Source: Eledone cirrhosa (lineage: Eukaryota). From it: 64,000 bases of DNA. The position numbers and the translations under genes were made by a program. A model generated the notes under the pieces. It was not told the origin of the DNA, searched no databases, and saw only the letters and a list, made by a program, of their open reading frames with translations. The stretch is taken from NCBI GenBank assembly GCA_964016885.1, contig OZ024743.1, positions 338,892,001 through 338,956,000 of the forward strand. Reading direction: 5' to 3'. Of this stretch, positions 37,698 to 52,291 are shown in pieces (the first letter of the stretch is position 1; the number at the start of each line of letters is the position of its first letter).

Positions 37698-38904
37698 GTA
37701 AGACCTTTATTATATTAGAATTGGCAGAGTTGTTAGAACGTCAGATAGAAGGCTTTGCAATAATTGTTCTGGCTTTCTGAGTTCAAATCCTACCAAAGCC
37801 AACTTTGCTTTTCATCCTTTCGAGGTCAATAAAAAATATAGTACCAGTTCAATACTAGTGTTGATTCTGCCTCATCTCTTTCTCCCTCTTTCTCTCACAT
37901 TCTCCCTCCTTCTTTGGAAAACATCGGCTGTGTTCAGATCAAGAAATGCTGTATGTCACTACCATGTCCCTATGACACCAAGAGTTATGGGGCCATGCAT
38001 ACATTTGTTGTTGGAGCCACCTTGATTTATTTTTTCCGCATCCATATTTTGAAAAAGTCATGAGAGTCGCACCCCTTCACTTTAGCTGCTTCTGTTAAAC
38101 CCTACCATAATGGTGCCTCATTTAAACACTAAGCCATTCCAGCCATTACTATGCCATCTTTATGTATATGGTGTGGTTTGGGGGAGATTAAGCTGCTATT
38201 TCTAACAGATTAAACATCCACATATAAATTCCCTTGAATCAGTAATGTGCCAGGCAAAAATGGATGGATAGTAGAATCAGTGTTATGTATGTATTGGCCC
38301 ATAACTCCTGATTGAGTTTTAGGGGCGGATTAGTGACATACACTCAGGTCCCAAACAATATGGGGCGGGGTGGGGGAATTGCTAATTTTTCTAGGTTCTC
38401 TCCGTTGATTTTTTAAAAACCAGTACATATTGAAACCCCCCACCCATCCTATTTATTTTATAACGTATGGGATTTCTAGTAATGTACTTTTTTGTCATGT
38501 GTAATGTAATGTTTTTTAATGTCTAAAGAAAATTGTTGCAGGAATGCTACCACAAAATAAAATTCGCCGGAGATAGATTAGTAACATTTAATAAGTGGAG
38601 TTTGGAATAAGGGAATAAAAGTGGGTGGGGTTTGGAAAAATCTGAAAAATTAATAGTGGGGGAAATATTTGAGACCCTATAGTATGTCTCCAGGTTTAAA
38701 CACAGCTAATTTCTTCCAGACAAGGAGAGAGAATGATAGGGAGTTTAGGACATTAGGAATAAAGAAAATAACTACTAGCAAAATACTGGAAATTAACATA
38801 ATTGATTCTGCTGCTGAATAAATGCCTCCGTATGGCCATATTCCAATGGCTGACTGTAATAGCATAATAATACTGTATCCCTTACAATGTGATGTTGATA
38901 GGGT

Positions 38905-39409
38905 ATTTTGTCTCTATGCCCCTCAGATATGACTGGTATGAAACACAAACTTGAAGTACTGTTAATCTCTCTCTTCCTTAGATATGACTGGTACCAAGCA
39001 CAAACCTATATTGTGACTATGTTGAAGTACTATCTCTCTCTCTAATACTACTATTATCAAACACAGACCCATATTGTGACTATGTTGAAGTACTATCTCT
39101 CTCTCTAATACTACTATTATCAAACACAGACCCATATTGTGACTATATTGAAGTACTATCTCTCTCTCTCTAATACTATTGTGACTATGTTAAAATGCTA
39201 TCAGCCTCTCTTGCTCACCCCCAAATATGACAATTATCAAACACCGACACATATTGTGACTACTCTCTCTTATTATGTTGCAGTATTATCTCTCTCTCTC
39301 TCTTTGACCCTCAGGTATGACTGATATCAAACCAAACTTATATTGTGATTACTGTCACTTATGATGTTGAAGTTTCATTTCTCACTCTCTTTTTCTCTCT
39401 GATCCTCAG
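38905..39409 (+). repeat. Degenerate tandem duplications of the exon 9 acceptor and exon start
   Basis: (pyrimidine tract)-AG-ATATGACTGGTAT.AAAC variants at 38926, 38981, ~39224 (AG lost) and 39314, plus partial copies at 39050-39190. Confidence 0.85.
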
Positions 39410-39506
39410 ATATGACTGGTATCAAACACAAACCCATACTGTGATTACTATTCTTGTGAAGAATGTGAAACAAGAAGATGTTCATGTGGACTTCGGCACC
39501 AACACA
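39410..39506 (+). CDS. SUGT1: SGT1 exon 9, start of CS domain (KYDWYQTQTHTVITILVKNVKQEDVHVDFGTNT); later exons not found in the window
   Basis: cctcag / gtaagt splice sites, 97 nt. Hallmark YDWYQT...V.IT...KNV....V.V.F. Nine exons total 576 nt in one open frame. Confidence 0.95.
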
Positions 39507-39852
39507 GTAAGTAGACTGTTATTTGGTACAGTGTATTGTTAGTGTTGTAAATATATATATGTTTGAACAATAAAAACAGAAGTCATGTGTAGAGAGTTAG
39601 TTCTTCATTGTTTTATGATTGTTTCAGAGGTTGATTAATCAATTGAGATTGATGTATTAACTAGCATGGTAGTGGTTAAGTTACCTATTTCTAGTCTCAA
39701 AAACCATCAATTGGCTGTCCTCCTCAGAAACACTATATATATATATATATATATATGAATGAAGTAATTCCGTCGGAAAGGTACAGGAAAAAAGAGTGCT
39801 CTATGTAGGCTACAGAGCTTATTAGTTATGTAATAAACAACATAAGATAATT

Positions 39853-39914
39853 ATTTCATTTACCAGTGGTTTCTTGAAAGCAGATATATCTGTTTTCAGT
39901 TGTCAGAATAAAAC
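39853..39914 (-). ncRNA. Degenerate type I hammerhead motif (G8>A) in a (TA)n-flanked fragment
   Basis: Minus strand ttttatt-CTGACAA-ctgaaaacagatatatctgctttcaa-GAAA-cc act gg-TA-aatgaaa. Confidence 0.6.
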
Positions 39915-40008
39915 ATGGTGTTATTATTAAATATGGATTTGAAAACAAAATATAAGAAATATGAAAGTGAGGCTAAGGAAACAACGGGTGAAGAAGAAGA
40001 GAAAAAGA

Positions 40009-40039
<31 letters not shown>

Positions 40040-40174
40040 AACAATAAATATATAGACACACACACTGAACCACGCGCATATACTTAAAAAGTACGTAGAC
40101 GTATACTTTATCACATAAGCGTATATGTATCTACAGACATGGACAAAATACATACACATACATATACATGAAGT

Positions 40175-40516
40175 CATCATCATCATTTCATTTTACGTCC
40201 GCTTTTTCCCTGCTTGCAAGGGTGGGACGGGAACTGATTCTGGCTTGATTTCTACAGCTGGATGCCCTTCCTAACACCAACCTCATTTTACAGTGAGTGC
40301 TGGGTACTTTTTTGCCGTGGCACCTCCACGACTACTTTGCAGTGGAATGATAGGGACCCCAGTCCCTCTCATCTCATTTCTACAGCTGAGTAAACTGGAG
40401 CAATGTGAAATAAAGTGTCTTGCTCAAGGAAACAACACATCACCCGGTCTGAGAATTGAACTCACAACCTTTCGATTGCAAGGCCAATGCTCTAACCACT
40501 AAGCCATGTGCCTTAT
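40175..40516 (-). mobile_element. Full tripartite SINE (tRNA head, CORE-like domain, RTE-derived tail, (GAT)n)
   Basis: Minus strand A box TGGCTTAGTGG, B box GAGTTCAATTC, ccttgagcaagacacttt..., tail cccacccttgcaagcagggaaaaagcggacgt. Confidence 0.88.
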
Positions 40517-40685
40517 AAGAATAAATAAATAAATGAATAAGAACAAAAAATACAAAGTCAAAAATAAAAACAGGATACGTGTTGACAACGATAATTGAGA
40601 AGGGGGGGGGGATAAAAACAATTAAAAATAAACAAATACACGAGGTGTGCATATACATAAATATATACATATATTAAATATATAT

Positions 40686-40722
<37 letters not shown>

Positions 40723-40948
40723 CACACATACATACACACGCACACACAAAAACATGCACAATATACACGTATAAAAACACATACACAAATGTATGTGTAT
40801 ATACATATATATACACATAAATATATATACACAAAAATATAAAATATGAAATAAACATACGTACACATCCACATACACATGCGTGCAAAAATACATATAC
40901 ACATACACGTATATAAAAACATGCATACAACCAAATATACTAACACGC

Positions 40949-43052
40949 ACATCATCATCGTTTAATGTCCATCTTCCACGCTTGCATGGGTTTGAACGGG
41001 AATTTTCCCACTTGAGATAAGATTGGTTATCTTGCTCGCATAGGACTGTCTGGTGGGTTTTCTACGGCTGGATGCCCTTCCTAACACCAACCACATTTAC
41101 AGTGTGGACTGGGAGGTTTTTACCGTGTTACCTACACGGCCACATTACAGCGTGGACTGTGTGTTTTTTTGTCGTGACACCTACATGACCTCATTTGTTT
41201 CGGACTGGATGTTGTGGTACCAACATAACTTTACATTGAAAGGGGTGGTGTGGTGGGGGTAGTGGGACAGGGGTGTATTTTTGTTAGAGGTCTCTACTGA
41301 CTGTAGTAGGTTTCACTTTGTACTTAGGTAAGGCGGGTCTTCTGTATTACTGTGTAGCGCCAAAGATCTCGGTCCAGTGACATTGTCTTGGAGAGGTATA
41401 AGTGTGTGAGGTCGGAATTTATCAAGTCGTCTGAGGTTTTTCTGGGTCTGCCTACTCCGTGGCTACCGTCTATTTTTATTGCCCTGCACTTTTTTATACA
41501 GCTGTTGTCTTTCATGCGCATCACGTGACCATACCAACGTAGTCTTCTCTCGAGTAAACAACATCTGATCCCTCTTATTTCTAATTTTTCCCTTAGTTCG
41601 TTTATGCTTTGCCGTTCACGTATATTACTATTACACATCCAGCGGAGCATGCAAGCTTCGTTCCTCTCCAGTCTGCGTATATCCTCTGCATACAATGCCC
41701 AGGTCTCACTGCCATGTAACATTGCCTGATTAGTTGCGCTATTACTTTTTCTGTGACCTTCATGACCTGGTCGATTAATTTAATACCTCTATAGTTACTC
41801 CTATCTAGGGCATCTCCTTTACCCTTGTAGCAGTTAATGATGATGCTGCTACGCCAGTCTTTTGGTATGACCACATTCTGTATGACTTGATTTACTATCT
41901 GGGTGACCATAGTGTGTCCTACAGTTCCAGATGCTTTCAGCATTTCAGCAACTATTTCCGAAGGCCCAGCCGCCTTACCCGTCTTCATATCTCTGATTGC
42001 CTTACTTATTATACTACCTGCAACTTGCACTGCTGGTACTTCTATTGGATCGATGTGGGGAAGACTGTCTTTCTCTCATTTATTCTCCTCATTTAGTAGC
42101 CTTTTGTAGTGACACTTCCAAGCTACCTTCTTATCAGCGTCAGTGTTGGCAAGTGCACCATCATCATTAAGGACACACTTCTCCCCGACAATATCACGGT
42201 TTTCCTTGACACATTGCTTAGCAATCCTGAACACCTCACGTTTTTGGTCCTCGCGTTGTAGAACATGCTTGAACTTTATTTCCTCTGCTTCCCTTCTTGC
42301 GAAGTACACTTGTCTCCTAGCTTCCCTCCTGGCCACTTGATAGTCTTCTCTACTTCCCCCATCCCGCCATACTTTCCAAGCCTGCTTTTTGGCCTTAATT
42401 GACTCCTCCACCTTACTGTTCCACCACCACATTACTCTCCTCCTGCCTATAGGTCTGCCCCAGCCACAGACTTCATCTGTCGCCTTCAGCTTTCAGGAAT
42501 TCCCACTGTTCCTCTATATTGTACGACTCTAATTGCTCTTTCTTACTGTCAAAAGCATCAAGTAATATGCTTTTAAATTTATTACTGGCTGTGGGGTCCT
42601 TTAGCTTCCATATTTTTCTCCTGAGGATAGTCCTCCTCTGTTGTCAAGTACGACTTGTCCTGACTATGAGGTTGCTGACTATGTGTCTATGTTGGGAGGT
42701 GCATTCTTCATGGGGCAGGGATTTAGTGTTTACTACAGACACTCTATCACATCTGGTAAGGATATAATCTATCTGGCTGACGTGTTCCCCTGATCTATAG
42801 GTGATCAAGTGATTTTCTCGTTTTTTGAAGTTAGTGTTACAGATAGTTAGGTTATTTGCGTCACAGAATTCCAGGATTCTGGAGCCTTCTTCATTTCTAG
42901 GTCCAAACCCATAGCCTCCATGGATTCCGTCATAGCCATCACAATATTGTCCAACGTGACCATTTAGGTTGCCAGCAATAATTATGTAGTCACTGTCGGT
43001 TATTTGGGAGGTAGTGACCATCAATGTCTCATAGAATCTGTCTTTTATAAAC
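40949..43052 (-). mobile_element. RTE LINE with AP-endonuclease remnant and internal deletion of the RT core
   Basis: IIAGNLNGHVG, GFGPRNEEG, SQIDYIL, WWWN, KAAGPS. VIAQLIR is joined directly to MLHGSETW at ~41725. Confidence 0.92.
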
Positions 43053-44489
43053 CCTACAAAAAAGAGCATTGGTACAAAACCTATGTACAAACATATACAC
43101 ATGCGTGCACACACTCGCACGTAATAAGAAATCAACACATGCATACAAAACCATACATAAGACTATACAGACAAAAACAAAAGCATATATACAACTGCAT
43201 ACACACAACTATATACTGTACGTAAATACATACATAGAACTATATATAAGTATAATATAAACATAAATAAACTCACACACATAAATATATATACATACAA
43301 ACACATACACACATATATATATATATATACACACACATACAAATACATACACACGCATTTATATATATATATATATATATTCATTAGTTAAGCAAAACAA
43401 GGCCACAAACTTCACAAGGAAGACATTATTAAAAGATTGTCAACATATTTTAGTTTGATGTAAGGAATGTAGAGAATAATAATAATAATATTAATAATAA
43501 TAATGTCCGTTACAATTGTTTCGCTACTCCATATAATATTTCTGGATCAGATGACTATATATCATAATTGATCTGGTTCAATTGAAAATAATTAACATAT
43601 TTAAAAAACAGAGTGGCTCATCGGAACTTCAAAGGAATATAAATTAAAATAATGGGATAATGTTACATAATATAATGTTCCATATATTGGTTTTTACTAT
43701 GGTGTCTTGGTTGCATCAGTTGTCAGCCATAATCAAGCAGTATTCATCTGTCGAGGCTGCATTGTGTGAGATCTGCCTATGGGTAACAAGATGGCTGCCA
43801 AAGGGCATATTTACCTTACTAATTAGAGGGTGGTTTCAGGGGAAGTAATTTCTCAAGAGATTAGAAATTGTGAGTATTTATAGTTAAGTGCTAATTTTTA
43901 ATTTTTTTAATTGAGAGACAATGTAGGGGAGGTAACTTATAATTATCGAGTTCATAGCAATTTAACTTATTAGCTACAAGTAAAAATGGGGCTACATTGA
44001 ATATGAGATAGCTGGAGAACTGGAAAAACCGAGTGCAAAACCTCGTGCATTTTGTGCTCGTAAACCAGACCGTCAACATTTTTTCGAGGGGAAGTAACCT
44101 AATTTTTCTGGGTACCTCTTGATAAGCACAGAAAATTGATTATTTCACTTTTTATACCATCGTTTGCGAAACTTGTTTGGATTTTGAAGTTCGGATTGAT
44201 CTGCGGAAAAGGTTTGAATTTTGAAATTTAAATTTGTCCAGGTACCACGGCTATTTGCCAATATGAGTTTGTGTATGTTGATTTATTATTTTAAATCGAT
44301 ACAGGCAAGCTATATTTATTTGAATTAGTTTATTTCATTCTAGCTAACTTTGTCTTTTACAATACAAACACTTAGGTGTTTATCATATATTAATTTATAT
44401 TAACTTGTATTTCACGGCTCAGAAATGCTTCTTTCTTTGAGCTAATTAATTGTAAATGACTGTTTGAGTTTAAACTCTAAATATAATAT

Positions 44490-45362
<873 letters not shown>

Positions 45363-45365
45363 ATA

Positions 45366-47200
45366 CAAAAAATACCATCACGACCACCTACAAAAAGGTA
45401 ATAGAGAGGGCGCTGACTGAGACAAACGCGGCCGGAAAAGAAATCGCCAAGTCCCTTAAATTACATGACCGAACCGAACCTTTAAGGGTAAAGACCCCGC
45501 ACTTTACCCTGAAGGACCATAAGGGAAATTTCCTCAACAAACCATCAGTCAGACTTATCAACCCCACTCGTTCTGACATCGGCTCTATCAGTAAGAAGAT
45601 CCTGGATAGAGTTCTACCATCATTGCGGGCAGCCTCACCACTTCCACTCTGGAGTAGAACATCTGAGGCAATATCATGGTTCCAAGAATTACCCGATAAA
45701 CACCACACTCGCTTCCTGCAACTCGACATAGAAAACTACTATGCCTCTATCTCGGAGCCCCTCCTGAAGGACGCAATTAACTTTGCCAGGAATTTTACCA
45801 CCATTACCGATGCTGAGCAAGTTATTATCCTCCACGCTCGTAAGACCTTTCTATACCACGATGGATCTTACTGGATCAACAAGAAATCTCAGACCCCATT
45901 TGACGTTAGCATGGGGGCGAGTGACTCGGCTGAAATTAGCGACCTTGTGGGCCTGTATATCCTACATAACCTGAAGAACCTCTTTACCGGCCTAACTGGA
46001 GGTTTATACCGAGATGACGGCCTCTTCGCCCTGCATAAGGTTAGCCCCAGAACCACCGATGGGTTTCGGAAAAACTTAAGCTCTTTCTTCTCTAATCTAG
46101 GATTTAGTATAACTATAGATTCTAATTTGACTAGGGCCAACTTCTTAGATGTCACTCTCGACCTAGATACTTCCCTCTATTACCCGTACCACAAACCTAA
46201 CGAGTCCCTTAAATATATTAATGTTAATTCAAACCACCCCCAAAACATCACTGATAACCTAGTAAAAAGCGTCTCTATTAGAATATCTGGCCTCTCCGCC
46301 AACAAAGATATTTTTAATGCATCTGCCTCCTACTACAATGACGCCCTAGCCCGTAGCGGATTTAAAGATAAGATAACTTACCTAGAAACCACCGCAAAAT
46401 TGCAGAGGAGGAATAGACATAGGCAGATTAGCTGGTACAACCCTCCCTTCAATAGAGAGGTATCTACTCCGATAGCTAGGATTTTCTTCACTTTACTGAA
46501 ATTACACTTCCCCATACAACATAGGTACTACACCATCTTTAATAAGAACACTATAAGACTGTCTTACTCCACCACACCTAACCTAGCTAGGAATATAGCC
46601 AACCACAACTCTAAACTAAATAAGCCAACCACCTCCGAAACCAATCCCCGGACTGGGGCTCTATGTAATTGCCTAAATAAGGAAACATGCCCACTAGAAA
46701 ACAAATGCCTCACAAATGACATCGTATACAAATGCGATGTCATCTCAGGAACCGAGGATTGCAAAAAAATTACATCGGCATGACTTCCAACAACTTTAAG
46801 ACCCGTTGGTATGCCCATACCCACTCCTTCAGAAGACCGGATAAATCAAATCAGACAACACTCGCCTCCTACGTTTGGGACCTCAAAAGGAACTCCACCC
46901 CCTTCACGCTTAATTGGAAAATACTCCAGAAAGCGCGCTCTTACAACGGAGGACACAAGGGCTGCGACCTTTGTATTTCTGAGAGCTACGAAATTTTATT
47001 CGCCAAGGGCCCGCTACTGAACAAACTCTCTGAACACTGCCCGAACTGCATGCACAAGAACTTTGCAACATTCAAACACTTTAAGCCAGTGTTAAAGCCC
47101 GATGGCTAAAAACGACCTCCCCCTATTGGCCCCTATACCTCCTCCCCACCCTACCCCCACCCCTCCTCAACCTGAAATACGGCCACTATGGTTATGTGAG
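45366..47200 (+). mobile_element. Penelope-like element (YRDD-type RT, C-terminal GIY-YIG; probably Hydra clade), 5'-truncated
   Basis: [69 protein letters not shown]. One frameshift near 46765. Confidence 0.9.
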
Positions 47201-47341
47201 TACCTCTTTCGTATCTACATTTTCTGCCTGTAGAGGTGTCTTTATGTGCCTGCGTATATGCGTATATTTATTGAGTACCTATTTACTTGTATGTGTATAT
47301 ATTTGTTTGTATATTTGTATGTGTGTGTGTGTATATATATA

Positions 47342-49650
47342 TCATCATCATCATCATCAACGTTTAACGTCCGTGTTCCACGCTTGCATGGGTTTGGACG
47401 GGGGTAGTCCCACTTGAGGCAAGAGTGATTGTCTTGCTCGCATAGGACTGTCTGACAGGTTTTCTACAGTTGGATGCCCTTCCTAACACCAACCACATTT
47501 ACAGTGTGGGTCTGGGAGGTTTTTACCGTGTTGCCTACACGGCCACATTACAGCGTGGACTGTGTGTTTTTTTGTCGTGACACCTACACGATCTCATTTG
47601 TTTCGGCCTCGATGGCGCGGCACCAACATAACTTTACATAGAACGGGGTGGTGTGGATGGGGTGGGGGTGGTGGCGGGACGGGGTGTAGTTTGTTAGAGA
47701 TGCCTACTGGCAAGGCGGGTCTTCTCTGTTACTGAGTACCGCCAAAGGTCACGGTCCAGTGACATTGTCTTGGAGAGGTGTAAGTGTGTGAGGTCGGAGT
47801 TTATCAGCTCATCCCATGTTTTTCTAGGTCTGCCTATTCCGTGGCTACCGTCTATCTTTATTGCCCTGCACTTTGTAATACAGCTATCGACTTTCATGCG
47901 CATCACGTGTCCATACCAACGCAGCCTTCTCTCGAGTAAACAACATCTGATCCCTCTTATCTCTAATTTTTTTCCTTAGTTCGTTTATGCTTTGCCGTTC
48001 ACGTATATTACTGTTACACATCCAGCGGAGCATGCAAGCTTCGTTCCTCTCTAGTCTGCGTATATCCTCTGCACACAATGCCCAGGTCTCACTACCATGC
48101 AACATTGCTGTTCGTATGCAGGCATCGTACAACCTGCCTTTCATTTTTAGGGAGAACCCTTTAGCAGCTAATAGTGGTATAAGCTCTCTGAACTTTTTCC
48201 AACCAGTTCTGACTCTAGCTACAGTACTTTCAGAGCACCCTCCCCCACTGCTGATTTTATCGCTCAGGTAACGGAAGCTGTCCACTATTTCTATAGAACC
48301 CTCTGCGCAATTGAAAGAGCTAGTATTTTGTGGGCACTTGCTGCTACTTATTGCACCAGAACACCGGCCACATGTAAAGTCTATGTTCTTAGTTAGCTTA
48401 CCTGTGATCCCACTACATCTTTTATGCACCCATACTTTGCATTTAGGACATAAGATGGAGTTTCTACCTACGCCTTTCCTACATACCGAGCACGACCATT
48501 TCCCAGAAGGGACCGCCGCCTTGTTTTCTTTCCTACAAACTAGAACTTTGGTCTTAGCCAGGTTAATTTTAAGTCCTTTTCACTCTAGGCCGTGCTTCCA
48601 TGTTTGGAATTTCTTCTCTAGCTCGGCCATTGATTCCGCTATGAGTGTCAGGTCGTCTGCGTATAGGAGTTCCCATGGGCAGCCTGTCTTGAACTCCTCT
48701 GTTATAGCCTGAAGGGCAATAATAAATAGTAGGGGGCTGAGAACAGAGCCCTGATGGACGCCAACTTTTACGCTAAACTCTTCACTATATTCGTTGTTAA
48801 TTCTAACCTTGCTGACTGTTTCTTTATACATGGCTTGTATAGCCCTCACAAGCCATTCGTCAACGCCTAGTTTTCTAAGAGCCCACCAGATAATGGAGAG
48901 GGGGACTCTGTCGAAGGCTTTCTCCAGGTCGACAAAAGCTAAGTAGAGGGGTTTACCTTTAGCTAGGTACTTCTCCTGTAGTTGTCGTACTATGAAAAGA
49001 GCGTCTGTGGTGCTTTTGCCTGACACAAACCCGAACTGCATTTCATCTAGATCAATTCTCTCTCTGATTAGTTGCGCTATTACTTTTTCCGTGACCTTCA
49101 TGACCTGGTCGATTAATTTAATGCCTCTATAGTTACTCCTATCTAGGGCGTCTCCTTTACCCTTATAACAGTTAACGATGATGCTGCTATGCCAGTCCTT
49201 CGGAACAACCCCATTCTGTACGACTTGGTTAACTATGCGGGTGACCATGGTGTGTCCCACCGTGCCAGATGCCTTCAGCATCTCAGCAACTATTTCCGAA
49301 GGCCCAGCCGCCTTACCAGTCTTCATATCCTTGATTGCCTTACTTATTATACTCCCCTCGACTAACACTGCTGGTCCCTCTATCGGGTCGATATGGGGGA
49401 GACTGTCTTTCTCCCATTTATTCTCCTCATTTAGTAGCCTTTCATAGTGACACTTCCAAGCTGCCTTCTTATCAGTGTCGGTGATGGCAAGTATGCCATC
49501 ATCGTTAAGTACACACTTCTCCCCGACAATATCACGGTTTTCCTTGACGCATTGCCTGGCAATCCTGAACACCTCACGTTTTTGGTCATCGCGTTGTAGA
49601 ACATGCTTGAACTTTCTTTCCTCAGCTTCCCTTCTTGCTAAGTACACTTC
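47342..49650 (-). mobile_element. RTE LINE, 5'-truncated
   Basis: ORFs with [25 protein letters not shown]. 3' UTR ends in (GAT)n. One stop and one frameshift. Confidence 0.95.
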
Positions 49651-49659
49651 TCTCCTAGA

Positions 49660-49734
49660 TATATGTTTGTGTGTATATGTGTTTTATGTGTGTATATTTA
49701 TGTATGTATATGTATGTATATGTTTGTGTATGTG

Positions 49735-49783
<49 letters not shown>

Positions 49784-49912
49784 ATATATGTGTATGTATG
49801 TATGTATGTATGTATGTGTATGTATGCGTATGTATGTATGTATGTTTATGTATGTGTATGTGTGTATGTATGTGTGTGTATATGTATATATATGTGTATA
49901 TGTATGTGTGTG

Positions 49913-49945
<33 letters not shown>

Positions 49946-49992
49946 GTGTATATATATATATGTATATGTGTATATGTATGTATGTGTGTATA

Positions 49993-50041
<49 letters not shown>

Positions 50042-50054
50042 GTGTATGTATGTA

Positions 50055-50093
<39 letters not shown>

Positions 50094-50328
50094 GTATATA
50101 TATATGTATATGGTTGTGTGGGCAGGTGTGTATATATATATATATATATGTTTATATATATATATGTGTGTGTGTGTGTTTTTGTATATATATATGTATA
50201 TGTGTGTATGTGTGTGTGTGTATGTTTGTATATGTATGTGTGTATATATGTATATATATATATATGTGTATATATATATATGTGTATATGTATATATGTA
50301 TATGTATGTATGTGTGTATATGTGTGTG

Positions 50329-50363
<35 letters not shown>

Positions 50364-50380
50364 GTATGTATGTATGTGTA

Positions 50381-50429
<49 letters not shown>

Positions 50430-51042
50430 GTATATGGTTGTGTGGGCAGGTGTGTATATATATATATATATATGTTTATATATATATATATGTGTGTGTG
50501 TGTGTTTTTGTATATATATATGTATATGTGTGTATGTGTGTGTGTGTATATGTTTGTATATGTATGTGTGTATATATGTATATATATATATATATGTGTG
50601 TATATATATGTATATATATGACCCCTTAGCCTTTGTCAAGGCAGAATTCTAGGAGAAGGAAAACTCTGATATAACACCTGCAACCCTGATGGTATCCAAT
50701 GATGTTGACTTGTTCTTCTTTTTGGTAAATATCATCTTGGTTAAGAGAGTGGGACTGGCTTTGTGCAGTGCCTTTGCTCACTATAAAAGCTTCACGGCAC
50801 AGGCATTGCTTTATATCTGGAGATCTCTCTGCACTTGTCGTCACATGGTACCATGGGCCCAGCACTATGTGTCAGTAATTGTCACAAGTGTAGTGTTTGT
50901 ACCAGAGTTTTCAAGTCGCTGGCTGGACTAAAAAGTCACACTCGTTCAGCGCATCGGTAGGGGTTCTCCTACATGGATATAAAGTAGTGGCCGTACTCGA
51001 AAACGAGTTGGCAGCCACCATATATATATATATGTATGTGTA

Positions 51043-51081
<39 letters not shown>

Positions 51082-51128
51082 ATGTGTGTGTATACATATG
51101 TATATATATGTATATGTATGTGTATGTG

Positions 51129-51205
<77 letters not shown>

Positions 51206-51299
51206 ATGTGTGTGTGTGTGTATATATATGTGTGTATATATATGTGTATATGTATGTGTCTGTGTGTATGTATGTATATATGTGTGTATGTGTGTATGT

Positions 51300-51365
<66 letters not shown>

Positions 51366-51648
51366 GTGTGTGTATATATATATATATATGTGCGTGAGAG
51401 AGAGAGTGTGTATATATATTTTGTGTGTGGGTGTGTGTATGTGTGTATGCGCGTGTGTGTGTATATATATATATATGTATATGTGTGTATATATATATGT
51501 ATATATATATATATATATATGTATATGTATATGTGTGTGTATATATGCGTTATATGTCTGTATATATATGTGTATATTTATGTATAGGTCTGTGTATGTA
51601 TGTGTATGTTTGTATGTGTATGGATATATATATATATGTATATGTGTA

Positions 51649-51719
<71 letters not shown>

Positions 51720-51889
51720 ATGTGTGTGTGTGTGTATAGATATTTATACATGTATACTCGTGTTTGTATGTATGCGTGTGAGTGTATTTATTTGTGTATA
51801 TATGTGTGTGTGTGTGTGTATGTATGTGTATGTGTGTATGTATCTGTGTGTATATATATGTATAATGTATCTGTGTGTATATATATATG

Positions 51890-51950
<61 letters not shown>
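49660..51950. repeat. Compound (TA)n/(TG)n arrays flanking a ~400-bp unique island (50620-51020)
   Basis: Seen directly. Internal ~324-bp duplication marked by tggttgtgtgggcagg at ~50111 and ~50435. Confidence 0.95.
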
Positions 51951-51954
<4 letters not shown>

Positions 51955-52246
51955 AAACAAATAACGAAACAAAATTAAATTTTGTTTCGTTTGTAACTCA
52001 CTTTTGTATGACTGACGCTTAAACAATTAAGTTAAAGATGTACATCCATATATGTATACTGAAATACTAGTATGTATATGAATACACACACGTATACATA
52101 TGTAGATGTACCAAGTTTTTTCACTGGTCACTTTACTGTGAGTGGCCAGCTATTCTGTATGTAAACACACAGACAAACCGGTTTTTAGAGTCATACTGGT
52201 TTTTGAGGAAACACCTTTCCTCTATTCTCCAGAAAGCCAGACAAGG

Positions 52247-52291
52247 AATATTGAACTAGTTTCGTTGTTGTTACAACTCATCAGCAATATT
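52247..52291 (-). ncRNA. Type I hammerhead ribozyme (minimal, palindromic stem III)
   Basis: Exact reverse complement of 52935-52979. Confidence 0.85.

Noticed and set aside
40440-40516. tRNA-like sequence with A and B boxes
   Set aside because: No full cloverleaf, and it continues into CORE and LINE-tail sequence, so it is a SINE head.
50626-51020. Unique island possibly holding SGT1 exon 10 or a GIY-YIG remnant
   Set aside because: No CS-domain continuation with splice sites could be read, and similarity to an endonuclease C-terminus is too weak.
49475-52026. Many long Y/I/V/C/M-rich ORFs (also at 22.2, 40.6, 56.8, 59.4 and 61.3 kb)
   Set aside because: Translations of TA/TG microsatellites.
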